Source: Eledone cirrhosa
Taxonomy: Eukaryota
Assembly (NCBI GenBank): GCA_964016885.1
Contig: OZ024764.1
Location: forward strand, 18,352,001 to 18,416,000
Direction: 5' to 3'
Length of the DNA stretch: 64,000 nt
In this document: piece by piece, positions 42,295-54,420 of the stretch
Layout: each line of letters opens with the position of its first letter
Position numbering within the stretch: position 1 is the stretch's first letter
Made by a program: the position numbers and the translations under genes
The notes under the pieces: model-generated
The model's input: only the letters and a program-made list of their open reading frames with translations
The model's database searches: none
Told to the model about the DNA's origin: nothing

Positions 42295-45200
42295 GATATT
42301 ATGTGAGGTAAAGCCTTTACTGTGACAATACAATAGTATATATAGAGTAATGTAAATGTTATGTGAGATATTATGTGAGGGAAAACCTTTACTGTGACAA
42401 TACAATAGTATATATAGAGTAATGTAAATGTTATGTGAGGTAAAGCCATTACTGTGACAATACAATAGTATATATAGAGTAATGTAAATGTTATGCGAGA
42501 TATTATGTGAGGTAAAGCCATTACTGTGACAATACAATAGTATATATAGAGTAATGTAAATGTTATGTGAGATATTATGTGAGGTAAAGCCATTACTGTG
42601 ACAATACAATAGTATATATAGAGTAATGTAAATGTGAGGTAAAGCCTTTACTGTGACAATACAATAGTATATATAGAGTAATGTAAATGTTATGTGAGAT
42701 ATTATGTGAGGTAAAGCCATTCTGTGACAATACAATAGTATATATAGAGTAATGTAAATGTTATGTGAGATATTATGTGAGGTAAAGCCATTCTGTGACA
42801 ATACAATAGTATATATAGAGTAATGTAAATGTGAGATATTATGTGAGGTAAAGCCTTTACTGTGAAAATACAATAGTATATATAGAGTAATGTAAATGTT
42901 ATGTGAGGTAAAGCCATTACTGTGACAATACAATAGTATATATAGAGTAATGTAAATGTTATGTGAGATATTATGTGAGGGAAAACCTTTACTGTGACAA
43001 TACAATAGTATATATAGAGTAATGTAAATGTTATGTGAGGTAAAGCCATTACTGTGACAATACAATAGTATATATAGAGTAATGTAAATGTTATGTGAGA
43101 TATTATGTGAGGTAAAGCCATTACTGTGACAATACAATAGTATATATAGAGTAATGTAAATGTTATGTGAGATATTATGTGAGGTAAAGCCATTACTGTG
43201 ACAATACAATAGTATATATAGAGTAATGTAAATGTGAGGTAAAGCCTTTACTGTGACAATACAATAGTATATATAGAGTAATGTAAATGTTATGTGAGAT
43301 ATTATGTGAGGTAAAGCCATTCTGTGACAATACAATAGTATATATAGAGTAATGTAAATGTTATGTGAGATATTATGTGAGGTAAAGCCATTCTGTGACA
43401 ATACAATAGTATATATAGAGTAATGTAAATGTGAGATATTATGTGAGGTAAAGCCTTTACTGTGACAATACAATAGTATATATAGAGTAATGTAAATATT
43501 ATGTGAGGTAAAGCCTTTACTGTGACAATACAATAGTATATATAGAGTAATGTAAATATTATGTGAGGTAAAGCCATTCTGTGACAATACAATAGTATAT
43601 ATAGAGTAATGTAAATGTGAGGTAAAGCCTTTACTGTGACAATACAATAGTATATATAGAGTAATGTAAATGTTATGTGAGGTAAAGCCTTTACTGTGAA
43701 AATACAATAGTATATATTGAGTAATGTAAATGTTATGTGAGATATTATGTGAGGTAAAGCCTTTACTGTGAAAATACAATAGTATATATAGAGTAATGTA
43801 AATGTTATGTGAGATATTATGTGAGGTAAAGCCATTACTGTGACAATACAATAGTATATATAGAGTAATGTAAATGTGAGGTAAAGCCTTTACTGTGACA
43901 ATACAATAGTATATATAGAGTAATGTAAATGTTATGTGAGGTAAAGCCTTTACTGTGAAAATACAATAGTATATATTGAGTACTGTAAATGTTATGTGAG
44001 ATATGTGAGGTAAAGCCTTCACTGTGAAAATACAATAGTATATATAGAGTAATGTAAATGTTATGTGAAATATTATGTGAGGTAAAGCCTTTACTGTGAC
44101 AATACAATAGTATATATAGAGTAATGTAAATGTTATGTGAGGTATTATGTGAGGTAAAGCCATTACTGTGACAATACAATAGTATATATAGAGTAATGTA
44201 AATGTTATGTGAGGTAAAGCCTTTACTGTGACAATACAATAGTATATATAGAGTAATGTAAATGTTATGTGAGATATTATGTGAGGTAAAGCCTTTACTG
44301 TGACAATACAATAGTATATGTAGAGTAATGTAAATGTTATGTGAGATATTATATGAGGTAAAGCCATTACTGTGACAATACAATAGTATATATAGAGTAA
44401 TGTAAATGTTATGTGAGATATTATGTGAGGTAAAGCCTTTACTGTGAAAATACAATAGTATATATAGAGTAATGTAAATGTTATGTGAGGTATTATGTGA
44501 GGTAAAGCCATTACTGTGACAATACAATAGTATATATAGAGTAATATAAATGTTATGTGAGGTAAAGCCTTTACTGTGACAATACAATAGTATATATAGA
44601 GTAATGTAAATGTTATGTGAGATATGTGAGGTAAAGCCTTCACTGTGACAATACAATAGTATATATAGAGTAATGTAAATGTTATGTGAGATATTATGTG
44701 AGGTAAAGCCATTACTGTGACAATACAATAGTATATATAGAGTAATGTAAATGTTATGTGAGGTAAAGCCTTTACTGTGACAATACAATAGTATATATAG
44801 AGTAATGTAAATGTTATGTGAGATATTATGTGAGGTAAAGCCTTTACTGTGACAATACAATAGTATATGTAGAGTAATGTAAATGTTATGTGAGATATTA
44901 TATGAGGTAAAGCCATTACTGTGACAATACAATAGTATATATAGAGTAATGTAAATGTTATGTGAGATATTATGTGAGGTAAAGCCTTTACTGTGAAAAT
45001 ACAATAGTATATATAGAGTAATGTAAATGTTATGTGAGGTATTATGTGAGGTAAAGCCATTACTGTGACAATACAATAGTATATATAGAGTAATATAAAT
45101 GTTATGTGAGGTAAAGCCTTTACTGTGACAATACAATAGTATATATAGAGTAATGTAAATGTTATGTGAGATATGTGAGGTAAAGCCTTCACTGTGACAA

Positions 45201-47483
45201 TACAATAGTATATATAGAGTAATGTAAATGTTATGTGAGATATTATGTGAGGTAAAGCCATTACTGTGACAATACAATAGTATATATAGAGTAATGTAAA
45301 TGTGAGGTAAAGCCTTTACTGTGACAATACAATAGTATATATAGAGTAATGTAAATGTTATGTGAGATATTATGTGAGGTAAAGCCATTACTGTGACAAT
45401 ACAATAGTATATATAGAGTAATGTAAATGTGAGGTAAAGCCTTTACTGTGAAAATACAATAGTATATATAGAGTAATGTAAATGTTATGTGAGATATTAT
45501 GTGAGGTAAAGCCATTCTGTGACAATACAATAGTATATATAGAGTAATGTAAATGTGAGATATTATGTGAGGTAAAGCCTTTACTGTGACAATACAATAG
45601 TATATATAGAGTAATGTAAATGTTGTGAGGTAAAGCCTTTACTGTGACAATACAATAGTATATATAGAGTAATGTAAATGTTATGTGAGATATTGTGTGA
45701 GGTAAAGCCTTTACTGTGACAATACAATAGTATATGTAGAGTAATGTAAATGTAATGTGAGATATTATGTAAGGTAAAGCCTTTACTGTGAAAATACAAT
45801 AGTATATATAGAGTAATGTAAATGTTATGTGAGGTAAAGCCTATACTGTGACAATACAATAGTATATATAGAGTAATGTAAATGTTATGTGAGATATTAT
45901 GTGAGGTAAAGCCTTTACTGTGAAAATACAATAGTATATATAGAGTAATGTAAATGTTATGTGAGGTAAAGCCATTACTGTGACAATACAATAGTATATA
46001 TAGAGTAATGTAAATGTGAGATATTATGTGAGGTAAAGCATTTACTGTGACAATACAATAGTATATATAGAGTAATGTAAATGTTATGTGAGGTAAAGCC
46101 TTTACTGTGACAATACAATAGTATATATAGAGTAATGTAAATGTTATGGGAGATATTATGTGAGGTAAAGCCTTTACTGTGAAAATACAATAGTATATAT
46201 AGAGTAATGTAAATGTTATGTGATATATTATGTGAGGTAAAGCCATTACTGTGACAATACAATAGTATATATAGAGTAATGTAAATGTGAGGTAAAGCCT
46301 TTACTGTGACAATACAATAGTATATATAGAGTAATGTAAATATGTGAGGTAAAGCCATTCTGTGACAATACAATAGTATATATAGAGTAATGTAAATGTT
46401 ATGTGAGATATTATGTGAGGTAAAGCCATTCTGTGACAATACAATAGTATATATAGAGTAATGTAAATGTGAGATATTATGTGAGGTAAAGCCTTTACTG
46501 TGACAATACAATAGTATATATAGAGTAATGTAAATGTTATGTGAGGTAAAGCCTTTACTGTGAAAATACAATAGTATATATAGAGTAATGTAAATATGTG
46601 AGATATTATGTGAGGTAAAGCCATTCTGTGACAATACAATAGTATATATAGAGTAATGTAAATGTTATGTGAGATATTATGTGAGGTAAAGCCATTCTGT
46701 GACAATACAATAGTATATATAGAGTAATGTAAATGTGAGATATTATGTGAGGTAAAGCCTTTACTGTGACAATACAATAGTATATGTAGAGTAATGTAAA
46801 TGTTATGTGAGATATTATGTGAGGTAAAGCCATTACTGTGACAATACAATAGTATATATAGAGTAATGTAAATGTTATGTGACATATTATGTGAGGTAAA
46901 CCCTTTACTGTCAAAATACAATAGTATATATAGAGTAATGTAAATGTTATGTGAGGTAAAGCCATTACTGTGACAATACAATAGTATATATAGAGTAATG
47001 TAAATGTGAGATATTATGTGAGGTAAAGCCTTTACTGTGACAATACAATAGTATATATAGAGTAATGTAAATGTGAGATATTATGTGAAGTAAAGACTTT
47101 ACTGTGACAATACAATAGTATATATAGAGTAATGTAAATGTTATGTGAGATATTATGTGAGGTAAAGCCTTTACTGTGACAATACAATAGTATATATAGA
47201 GTAATGTAAATGTTATGTGAGATATTATGTGAGGTAAAGCCTTTACTGTGACATTACAATAGTATATATAGAGTAATGTAAATGTGAGATATTATGTGAG
47301 GTAAAGACTTTACTGTGACAATACAATAGTATATATAGAGTAACGTAAATGTTATGTGAGATATTATGTGAGGTAAAGCCATTCTGTGACAATACAATAG
47401 TATATATAGAGTAATGTAAATGTTATGTGAGATATTATGTGAGGTAAAGCCATTCTGTGACAATACAATAGTATATATAGAGT
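42295..47483. repeat. ~55-72-bp minisatellite array (host of the Tx1 elements)
   Basis: Core ATGTGAGGTAAAGCC(T/A)TTACTGTGACAATACAATAGTATATATAGAGTAATGTAAATGTT with an optional ATGTGAGATATT module. Confidence 0.97.
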
Positions 47484-47720
47484 GGTTTCTTTATTTGCCA
47501 CTAGGGCACAAAAGGTAGGGACAGATACAAGGGGGGAAGTTTACATATAATTAACGAGTACAAAAATATAACAATGAAATAACAACAACAAACGAAGTCC
47601 TCAATAGGGAGGGGGCATTAACATGGGTCGCACACACCCCGGAAAAAATGTGTAACCCTTCTCCTCAGGAGCACAAAGAGTAGGTGCTTCCCTCGTCTCC
47701 TCTTTTTCCTCTTCTTTTAC

Positions 47721-50700
47721 CTACAGGCTGATATAGAGAGAAGACCCATTCACTCTGGCCATTCTCCCTACTTTCACCCACCTTTCATAAAACTTGCTGG
47801 GGTAGAGCACCTCTCTCTCCATTCTGATCCTTCTTTTAAAATGGTATTTGAAAAAGGGGACCAGTTGTTGGCCGGAGAGAAAGGTGTCTGACCTCAGCCC
47901 TTTCAGCCTCGTCCACCATACAACTTCTTTAGCCATGGCTACCACACAGAGAAAAACCGCCTCTCCTTCGTTTTTGAAAGGGGGAGGCGGTTTGATCGTG
48001 ACAATGGACTCGGTGGTCAACCGGATTGGTCCCACCCTCGACAGTAGTCGTTCCACATAGCCCCACAGGTCAGCAATGCCTGGGCAGTGTACGAATGCGT
48101 GCGCAACGGTTTCGTCATCATGCACGCATCTCGGACAGATCTTATTCAAAGGATCTCTACCCAGGCTCCCATGCCTGTGGAGCTTGTCTCGAACGGGTAG
48201 AGCCTCTCGGTAGCACTGCCAAGCCAGGGACTTTTGGAAGTTGTCCATCGGTCCAGGGCCAAACGTCCTACCGAACAGACTGGCCAGTTCATCTTCCTCC
48301 ATGCCTAGAGCTTCTCCGAGAGCATCGTCGCACCTGCTGCGTACCAACGCTCTATAGAATGTCGACGTGGAGTCTCCACTGATTGCCGGGTCCGCTTTCC
48401 AGAGGGCCGTGAGCGCCTGGGCACATTCAATGTGCCAGTCGCCCACTTTTCTCGGTCTTTGCTTGACCCAGGATTGCAGCTCGGTGAGCGAGACGAGTCT
48501 GGGAAAGGCTCGCCTCACAAACGGGGCCCACACCGGTTGACCGGTGAGGAATACCTGGAGGTGCCATAGCCTTAATGCGTGTTTACGCATCTGTAGCCAC
48601 GGCATCCCCAGCCCTCCTTTCGAAGGGTGTTGACAGCAGATGGATCTCCTCACCAAAGGGGTCCGCTTGTTCCAAAGAAATTGGAACAGCGCGCACTCCA
48701 TTTTGGCGAGTCTTTTCACTGGGCAAGGCACGACGGTCAAGCGGTAGTAGATGACGGATGCTATATAAGTATTCGCCACCTCCGCTCGACCTTTCAGGGA
48801 TAGTTTGCACTGGGCCCACTTCTGGGTGAGTGCAAACACCCTGGCCGTTACCTCGTTCCAGTTTTTCTCCACCTGGAGGTCTGGTCCGAACCAGACCCCA
48901 AGCAGCTTCACCGGGCCCTCCGTCCAGCGTCCGACGACGTCGTTGGAGGGCATCGGTTTGCCTCTCCATGTTCCGAGTTGCAAACCGACGGACTTGTCCC
49001 GGTTCAGCTTGGCTCCTGTAAACCTTTCATATTCCTCCAGTAAGGTGCCGATCTCACCGATTTGCGAGGTTTTCGACACCATTACTGTCACGTCATCGGC
49101 GTAGGCCGACGCCGCTTTCTGCAATCCCGGTTCCAAAGGGATGCCCTGCAACCGCTCCAACTTCCGCAGTAGTGGCTCAAGAGCCAGCACATACAGTAGG
49201 GAGGAGAGAGGGCATCCCTGTCGGATGGATCGCATGATTTGGAACGGCTCCGAGAGGTGGCCGTTCACCTTGACCCTTGAGCAGACGTTGCTGCTGTGCA
49301 TCGCAGCAATCCAACCCCTGAAAACGGGTCCGAAGCCTGCCGCCGCGAGCACCGCATCCAGGTAACGATGGTCAACCCTATCGAAAGCTTTAGATTGATC
49401 CAAGTTGATCAGGGCCCCACCAAAGCCGGGTTCATTCCCTACCCTCTCTATGATGTATCGCATAAGGTGGAGATTGTCGTGAATGGACCTGGACGGGATT
49501 GCGCATGTCTGCGCTTCTCCCACCAGGTTTCCAACGACAAGCGCCAACTTCTTCGCTAACACCTTGGCCAAAATCTTTAACTCTGTATTTAGCAGAGTTA
49601 TGGGCCTGAAGTTACTTATGTCATCCCCCTTGTTCTCATCCTTCCTCACCAGCGTAACTACGCCCTTGGTCACAGAACTGGGAATTCTCCCGTTCTGCTG
49701 CCAGTTGCAGTAGACCGCTTCGAGGATATCGGAGAACAAGTCCGGCATCGCTACATATAGCTCGTATGGTAGACCATCGAGACCCGGGGATTTGCGTTTG
49801 CCGCATTGGCTCAGCGCCGCCCCTATCTCAGCAGCTGAAATCGTCTTTTCGCAGGACTTCGCCTCCGCGTCCGAGAGGCGCGGCAGACCGTCGAGGTATG
49901 GATTGAAATCCATAGTCTCACCCGGCGCGCCGCCCCTCTCGAACAGTCGTGCAAAGTGCCGCTGAAAGGCCGCACACATCTGCCCAGGTTCAAGGATCAC
50001 ACGCCCATCCTGGTCCTTCAAAGACCGAATCGTGGACTTGTTCCCACTTTTTGCCTCTGTCACTCGGGCCCAGCTCACAGCTTTGGCTCCCTCATTACCC
50101 AGAGCACGTATTTTACTCCTGACAACGCAGCCTTCATGCTTCACCTCAAAGAACTGCTCTAAGGCCATTCTTGATGCCAGCACGCCGGCTACATTGCCAC
50201 TCCTAATCGCCTCTTCTACTCTATCTACTAATTCCCTTTCCGTCTTGTTCCTATCCCTTGCTAATTCCTGACTAAAACCTATCGATTCTATTCTAATTGC
50301 TCTCTTAAGAGAGCTCCACCACCTGTTGTTGACAATTGCCCCTGTCAAACTCTGCTTAACTAACGTGCTAATCCGTTTACTGTAAGCTTTGCTTCTCGGT
50401 AAGGACAAGTTCAGCTTCCAGTAACCGGGTCCCTGTCTATGGGTTCTATCAAGGTTGGCTATGCAGGTCACTAACTTGTGATCCGAATAGTCAACCATGA
50501 ACATTTTTGGACAGCTAAATGTGTCCCTATCGTTCTCTCTAACTAGGACCCTATCTAGGTACGACCTAGATGTTCCACTGCGATTGGTCCACGTCCATAG
50601 TGGTACAGTCGGAAAATCTAGTCGATATCTATCGGCCAGGTCAAATCGGCCGTTTAACCTTTTGAGGCTTTTACACCCCCCTCTATTGGCACATGCCCCT

Positions 50701-51158
50701 ACATAGTCCCAACGTGCATCCAGGATACCATTCCAGTCCCCCACTAAAAGCAAGGAGCGGGACGTTCCCAGAAAAGTTTCCAGACGTTGGAAGTATTCCG
50801 GCCGCGCTGCCCAAAAAGGGGCGTACACAGCTATTAGTCTAAGGGCTCCACTTTCACTACTGCCGACGTCTAAAACCACCAGTCGACCCTCCGGGTCCAG
50901 GTGCACCTTCTGTATGGCGAGGCCCAGGTGTTTTCGCAGCAGAACGACAACTCCACCCCCACCCCCCGGTTGACAGAGAGATGCGAAGATCTCAAAGTCG
51001 TCGAAGAGGGGCGCCAGTTGGTGCTCGCTGCTGATCCTGGACTCGCAAATAGCCATTACATCCATTCTATGCGACCTGAGATCGTTTAAAAGTTTGCCTT
51101 GTTTCCAAGACAGTCCCAGGCCACGTACATTCAGACACCCAACTCTTATATCAGCCAT
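47721..51158 (-). CDS. ORF2p: APE endonuclease, reverse transcriptase and C-terminal Cys/His finger, 1145 aa, intact
   Basis: CLNVRGL, VYAP, GDWN, SYLDRVLV, SDHK, GPGYWKLN, KSPGLDGLP, FRPITLLN, LDQSKAFDRVDH, QGCPLS, YADD, GGLG and CPRC-x4-ETVAHAFVHC, typical of L1/Tx1 ORF2. Confidence 0.95.
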   Translation of the reverse strand: MADIRVGCLNVRGLGLSWKQGKLLNDLRSHRMDVMAICESRISSEHQLAPLFDDFEIFASLCQPGGGGGVVVLLRKHLGLAIQKVHLDPEGRLVVLDVGSSESGALRLIAVYAPFWAARPEYFQRLETFLGTSRSLLLVGDWNGILDARWDYVGACANRGGCKSLKRLNGRFDLADRYRLDFPTVPLWTWTNRSGTSRSYLDRVLVRENDRDTFSCPKMFMVDYSDHKLVTCIANLDRTHRQGPGYWKLNLSLPRSKAYSKRISTLVKQSLTGAIVNNRWWSSLKRAIRIESIGFSQELARDRNKTERELVDRVEEAIRSGNVAGVLASRMALEQFFEVKHEGCVVRSKIRALGNEGAKAVSWARVTEAKSGNKSTIRSLKDQDGRVILEPGQMCAAFQRHFARLFERGGAPGETMDFNPYLDGLPRLSDAEAKSCEKTISAAEIGAALSQCGKRKSPGLDGLPYELYVAMPDLFSDILEAVYCNWQQNGRIPSSVTKGVVTLVRKDENKGDDISNFRPITLLNTELKILAKVLAKKLALVVGNLVGEAQTCAIPSRSIHDNLHLMRYIIERVGNEPGFGGALINLDQSKAFDRVDHRYLDAVLAAAGFGPVFRGWIAAMHSSNVCSRVKVNGHLSEPFQIMRSIRQGCPLSSLLYVLALEPLLRKLERLQGIPLEPGLQKAASAYADDVTVMVSKTSQIGEIGTLLEEYERFTGAKLNRDKSVGLQLGTWRGKPMPSNDVVGRWTEGPVKLLGVWFGPDLQVEKNWNEVTARVFALTQKWAQCKLSLKGRAEVANTYIASVIYYRLTVVPCPVKRLAKMECALFQFLWNKRTPLVRRSICCQHPSKGGLGMPWLQMRKHALRLWHLQVFLTGQPVWAPFVRRAFPRLVSLTELQSWVKQRPRKVGDWHIECAQALTALWKADPAISGDSTSTFYRALVRSRCDDALGEALGMEEDELASLFGRTFGPGPMDNFQKSLAWQCYREALPVRDKLHRHGSLGRDPLNKICPRCVHDDETVAHAFVHCPGIADLWGYVERLLSRVGPIRLTTESIVTIKPPPPFKNEGEAVFLCVVAMAKEVVWWTRLKGLRSDTFLSGQQLVPFFKYHFKRRIRMEREVLYPSKFYERWVKVGRMARVNGSSLYISL

Positions 51159-51179
51159 GTTGGTTAAAAGAGGAAGGAC

Positions 51180-52923
51180 CTACCTGTTCGGCTCCTGAGG
51201 AGCAGGTTGCACAATATCCATGGGCGTATTGGAGGGGTTGTTTGGTGGGGTGTTGTTCTGTGGTGGAGTGGGGGTGTTTGGTGAGGTGTGGGTGGGGAAA
51301 CGTTTCAAGAGGACGCGGTTATAGGGTCGAGTACATGTTTTCCCCACGTCCTCAGGAAAGTTCTCTCTTAGTTTTGCATAGGTGTCCATTGGGAGTCTTA
51401 TCATTTTTAAATGCGGTTTGTTGGCCGCGCTTGCAAAGAATTGCCCTTCAGTTTCCACCAAAGGGTCTTTGTGTATTGTTTTTACTAGTTCTTTGTTATT
51501 TGTGTTAATGTATGTATACTGTTTTATTTGTGTTGTGTTTGTTTGTTGTTCTTGTGTGTGCTTACGTTTTGTTGTATGTGTTATGTTTTGGGGTGGGGCG
51601 GATTTTGTTTGTTCTGTTTGTTTTGTTTTTGTTGGTGGTTGTGTGTTTGTTTCGTTTATGTTCGAGTGGTGCTTTCTTTTTTTCCTTTTTACAGGTTGGA
51701 AGGGTTCCCCCTCTTCGTCACTAGGTGCCGTTTCCGCTGGGTCCTCGTCCGTGCTGTCGGGTAGTGGTGTATTTTGGGGTTTTGTTGTATTTGTGTGTGT
51801 TTTGGGAGTTGTTTTGGGTGGGGCCGTGTCTTGTGTTATTTTTCCCTGTTGTTTTTGTTGTTGTTGTGGTGGTGGTGGTGGAGGTGGTGGTGGTGGTGGT
51901 GGTGGCGGTGGTGGTGTGTGGGGTGTAGGCAAAAGAGCCTTTTTTTTTTGTCAATTGAGGACAAGCAGCCCTTAGATGACCCCTGCTTGAACAGTAGTAA
52001 CATATGGGCCTCCTACCCTCGGCTGAAATATATATAAATGTTTCTCCATCGAGGGACACCCTCTGTGGTATTCTAGCTATTCGTTCTGGTCTCATTTGGA
52101 CCAGAACCTCCACGCTCAAACCGCCGAAAACGTCTGTGGTGACTTCTCCTACTGAGAGGATTCCGTCCTCGTCTTCTAAAAATCCTGTTAGTACCCAGGA
52201 AATGCATGCATTTGGCCGGATTCCGGAGACCCTTATCTTCTGCGTTCTTTTCCCTAAATATGTGGGGAAAAATGTATATATCTTGGAAACAATTGGTGCC
52301 ACAGAGTATTTCCTGGCCGTCAATTGATCCTTCATTAGGACCGTTATATTCCCATAGAGTGGCCCTTTTTGTATGAACGATATATCACTCCACACATTTT
52401 TTAGGACCAGCTCAATCTCTTTTTGGGATAATTGAGTTGGTTTCCTTGTTATGTTGGAAATTGTTCTGAAAGATATCGTTCTTAGCGTCGTGTCTCTTTT
52501 GATTTCTTGTGGGGAGGTGATTGTGAAGTCTCCTCCTTCTTTGAAAGTTACATACTGTTTCGCTTCCTTCATCTTTTCTCTCAGAGTTGTAATGTCCAGT
52601 TGCTTGCAGGTTTGTGTTTTCCGGACCGCCTGTGCAAAGGAGGCACCAGTAGTGGGTTCGCTTTGTTTGGTGTTATCGTTATTTTTTCCTTGGTTGGTGT
52701 TGTGACTATTGCTGTTATTGTCGTTGTTGTTTTTGTCTGCGTTTATGTGACTTTCTGGGTTTTCACCCATTTTTACAAATTTTTCTTTTAATTCCGTGTT
52801 CCATGTTTCTTTTGCAGAAGTCAGGAGGGAAGACTTAGAGCCTTGTGCTTCTAGCTTCTCTGTATCACCTTTCTTAGGGGGCGTGGCTTTCACGTTAGGA
52901 TGAGATGTGAAAATTCCGTCCAT
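51180..52923 (-). CDS. ORF1p (nucleic-acid-binding, zinc knuckle, Pro/Thr/Gln-rich tail), split by a frameshift at an A10 run
   Basis: ATG at 52923 (MDGIF) and CYYCSSRGHLRAAC (CX2CX4HX4C). Removing one A at 51940-51949 fuses the two track ORFs (…TKKKALLPTPHTPPPP…) and ends 21 nt before ORF2. Confidence 0.75.
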
Positions 52924-53132
52924 TTCTATTAGTTTGCCGTAATAAGTTTTTAACTGGAAAATTCGCCCCAAAGAGGGGCGAAAATAAATAAACTCAAAGT
53001 TTGACGACCAAGGCAAGGGGTTAGCGTATATTACAGTATAAAAAATTAATCAAAACTCACTTTTGAGTAAGTAAATCCGACTCGGTAGCCGAGCTTGTTC
53101 ACACACGTCAACACACGTCTCTCGTATACGAG

Positions 53133-54183
53133 ATGTTATGTGAGATATTATGTGAAGTAAAGCCTTTACTGTGACAATACAATAGTATATATAGAGTAAT
53201 GTAAATTTTATGTGAGGTAAAGCCTTTACTGTGATAATACAATAGTATATATAGAGTAATGTAAATATTATGTGAGGTAAAGCCATTCTGTGACAATACA
53301 ATAGTATATATAGAGTAATGTAAATGTGAGGTAAAGCCTTTACTGTGACAATACAATAGTATATATAGAGTAATGTAAATGTTATGTGAGGTAAAGCCTT
53401 TACTGTGACAATACAATAGTATATATTGAGTAATGTAAATGTTATGTGAGATATTATGTGAGGTAAAGCCTTTACTGTGACAATACAATAGTATATGTAG
53501 AGTAATGTAAATGTTATGTGAGATATTATGTGAGGTAAAGCCATTACTGTGACAATACAATAGTATATATAGAGTAATGTAAATGTTATGTGAGGTAAAG
53601 CCTTTACTGTGAAAATACAATAGTATATATAGAGTAATGTAAATGTTATGTGAGGTATTATGTGAGGTAAAGCCATTACTGTGACAATACAATAGTATAT
53701 ATAGAGTAATGTAAATGTGAGATATTATGTGAGGTAAAGCCTTTACTGTGACAATACAATAGTATATATAGAGTAATGTAAATGTTATGTGAGATATGTG
53801 AGGTAAAGCCATTACTGTGACAATACAATAGTATATATAGAGTAATGTAAATGTGAGGTAAAGCCTTTACTGTGAAAATACAATAGTATATATAGAGTAA
53901 TGTAAATGTTATGTAAGGTATTATGTGAGGTAAAGACTTTACTGTGACAATACAATAGTATATATAGAGTAATGTAAATGTTATGTGAGATATGTGAGGT
54001 AAAGCCTTCACTGTGAAAATACAATAGTATATATAGAGTAATGTAAATGTTATGTGAAATATTATGTGAGGTAAAGCCTTTACTGTGACAATACAATAGT
54101 ATATATAGAGTAATGTAAATGTTATGTGAGGTATTATGTGAGGTAAAGCCATTACTGTGACAATACAATAGTATATATAGAGT
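53133..54183. repeat. 1,051-bp minisatellite spacer 1
   Basis: Same unit as 42295-47483; variant order matches 59826-60876. Confidence 0.95.
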
Positions 54184-54420
54184 GGTTTCTTTATTTGCCA
54201 CTAGGGCACAAAAGGTAGGGACAGATACAAGGGGGGAAGTTTACATATAATTAACGAGTACAAAAATATAACAATGAAATAACAACAACAAACGAAGTCC
54301 TCAATAGGGAGGGGGCATTAACATGGGTCGCACACACCCCGGAAAAAATGTGTAACCCTTCTCCTCAGGAGCACAAAGAGTAGGTGCTTCCCTCGTCTCC
54401 GCTTTTTCCTCTTCTTTCAC

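Larger units (their letters stand above)
47484..53132 (-). mobile_element. full-length Tx1-clade (L1 group) non-LTR retrotransposon, copy 1 (5,649 bp)
   Basis: ~209-nt 5'UTR, ORF1 with CCHC knuckle, 21-nt inter-ORF spacer, intact APE-RT ORF2 and 237-nt 3'UTR ending AATAAAGAAACC. Both ends abut the minisatellite. Confidence 0.92.

Noticed and set aside
42277-47463. Long repetitive minus-strand ORFs (994 aa, 517 aa and others)
   Set aside because: Minisatellite translations; unit lengths are often not multiples of 3 and frames swap arbitrarily.
53133-54183. Identical 1,051-bp spacers as LTRs or as part of the element
   Set aside because: They consist purely of the host minisatellite, copy 1 has a different left flank, and ORF2 is an APE-type non-LTR protein with no integrase or protease.
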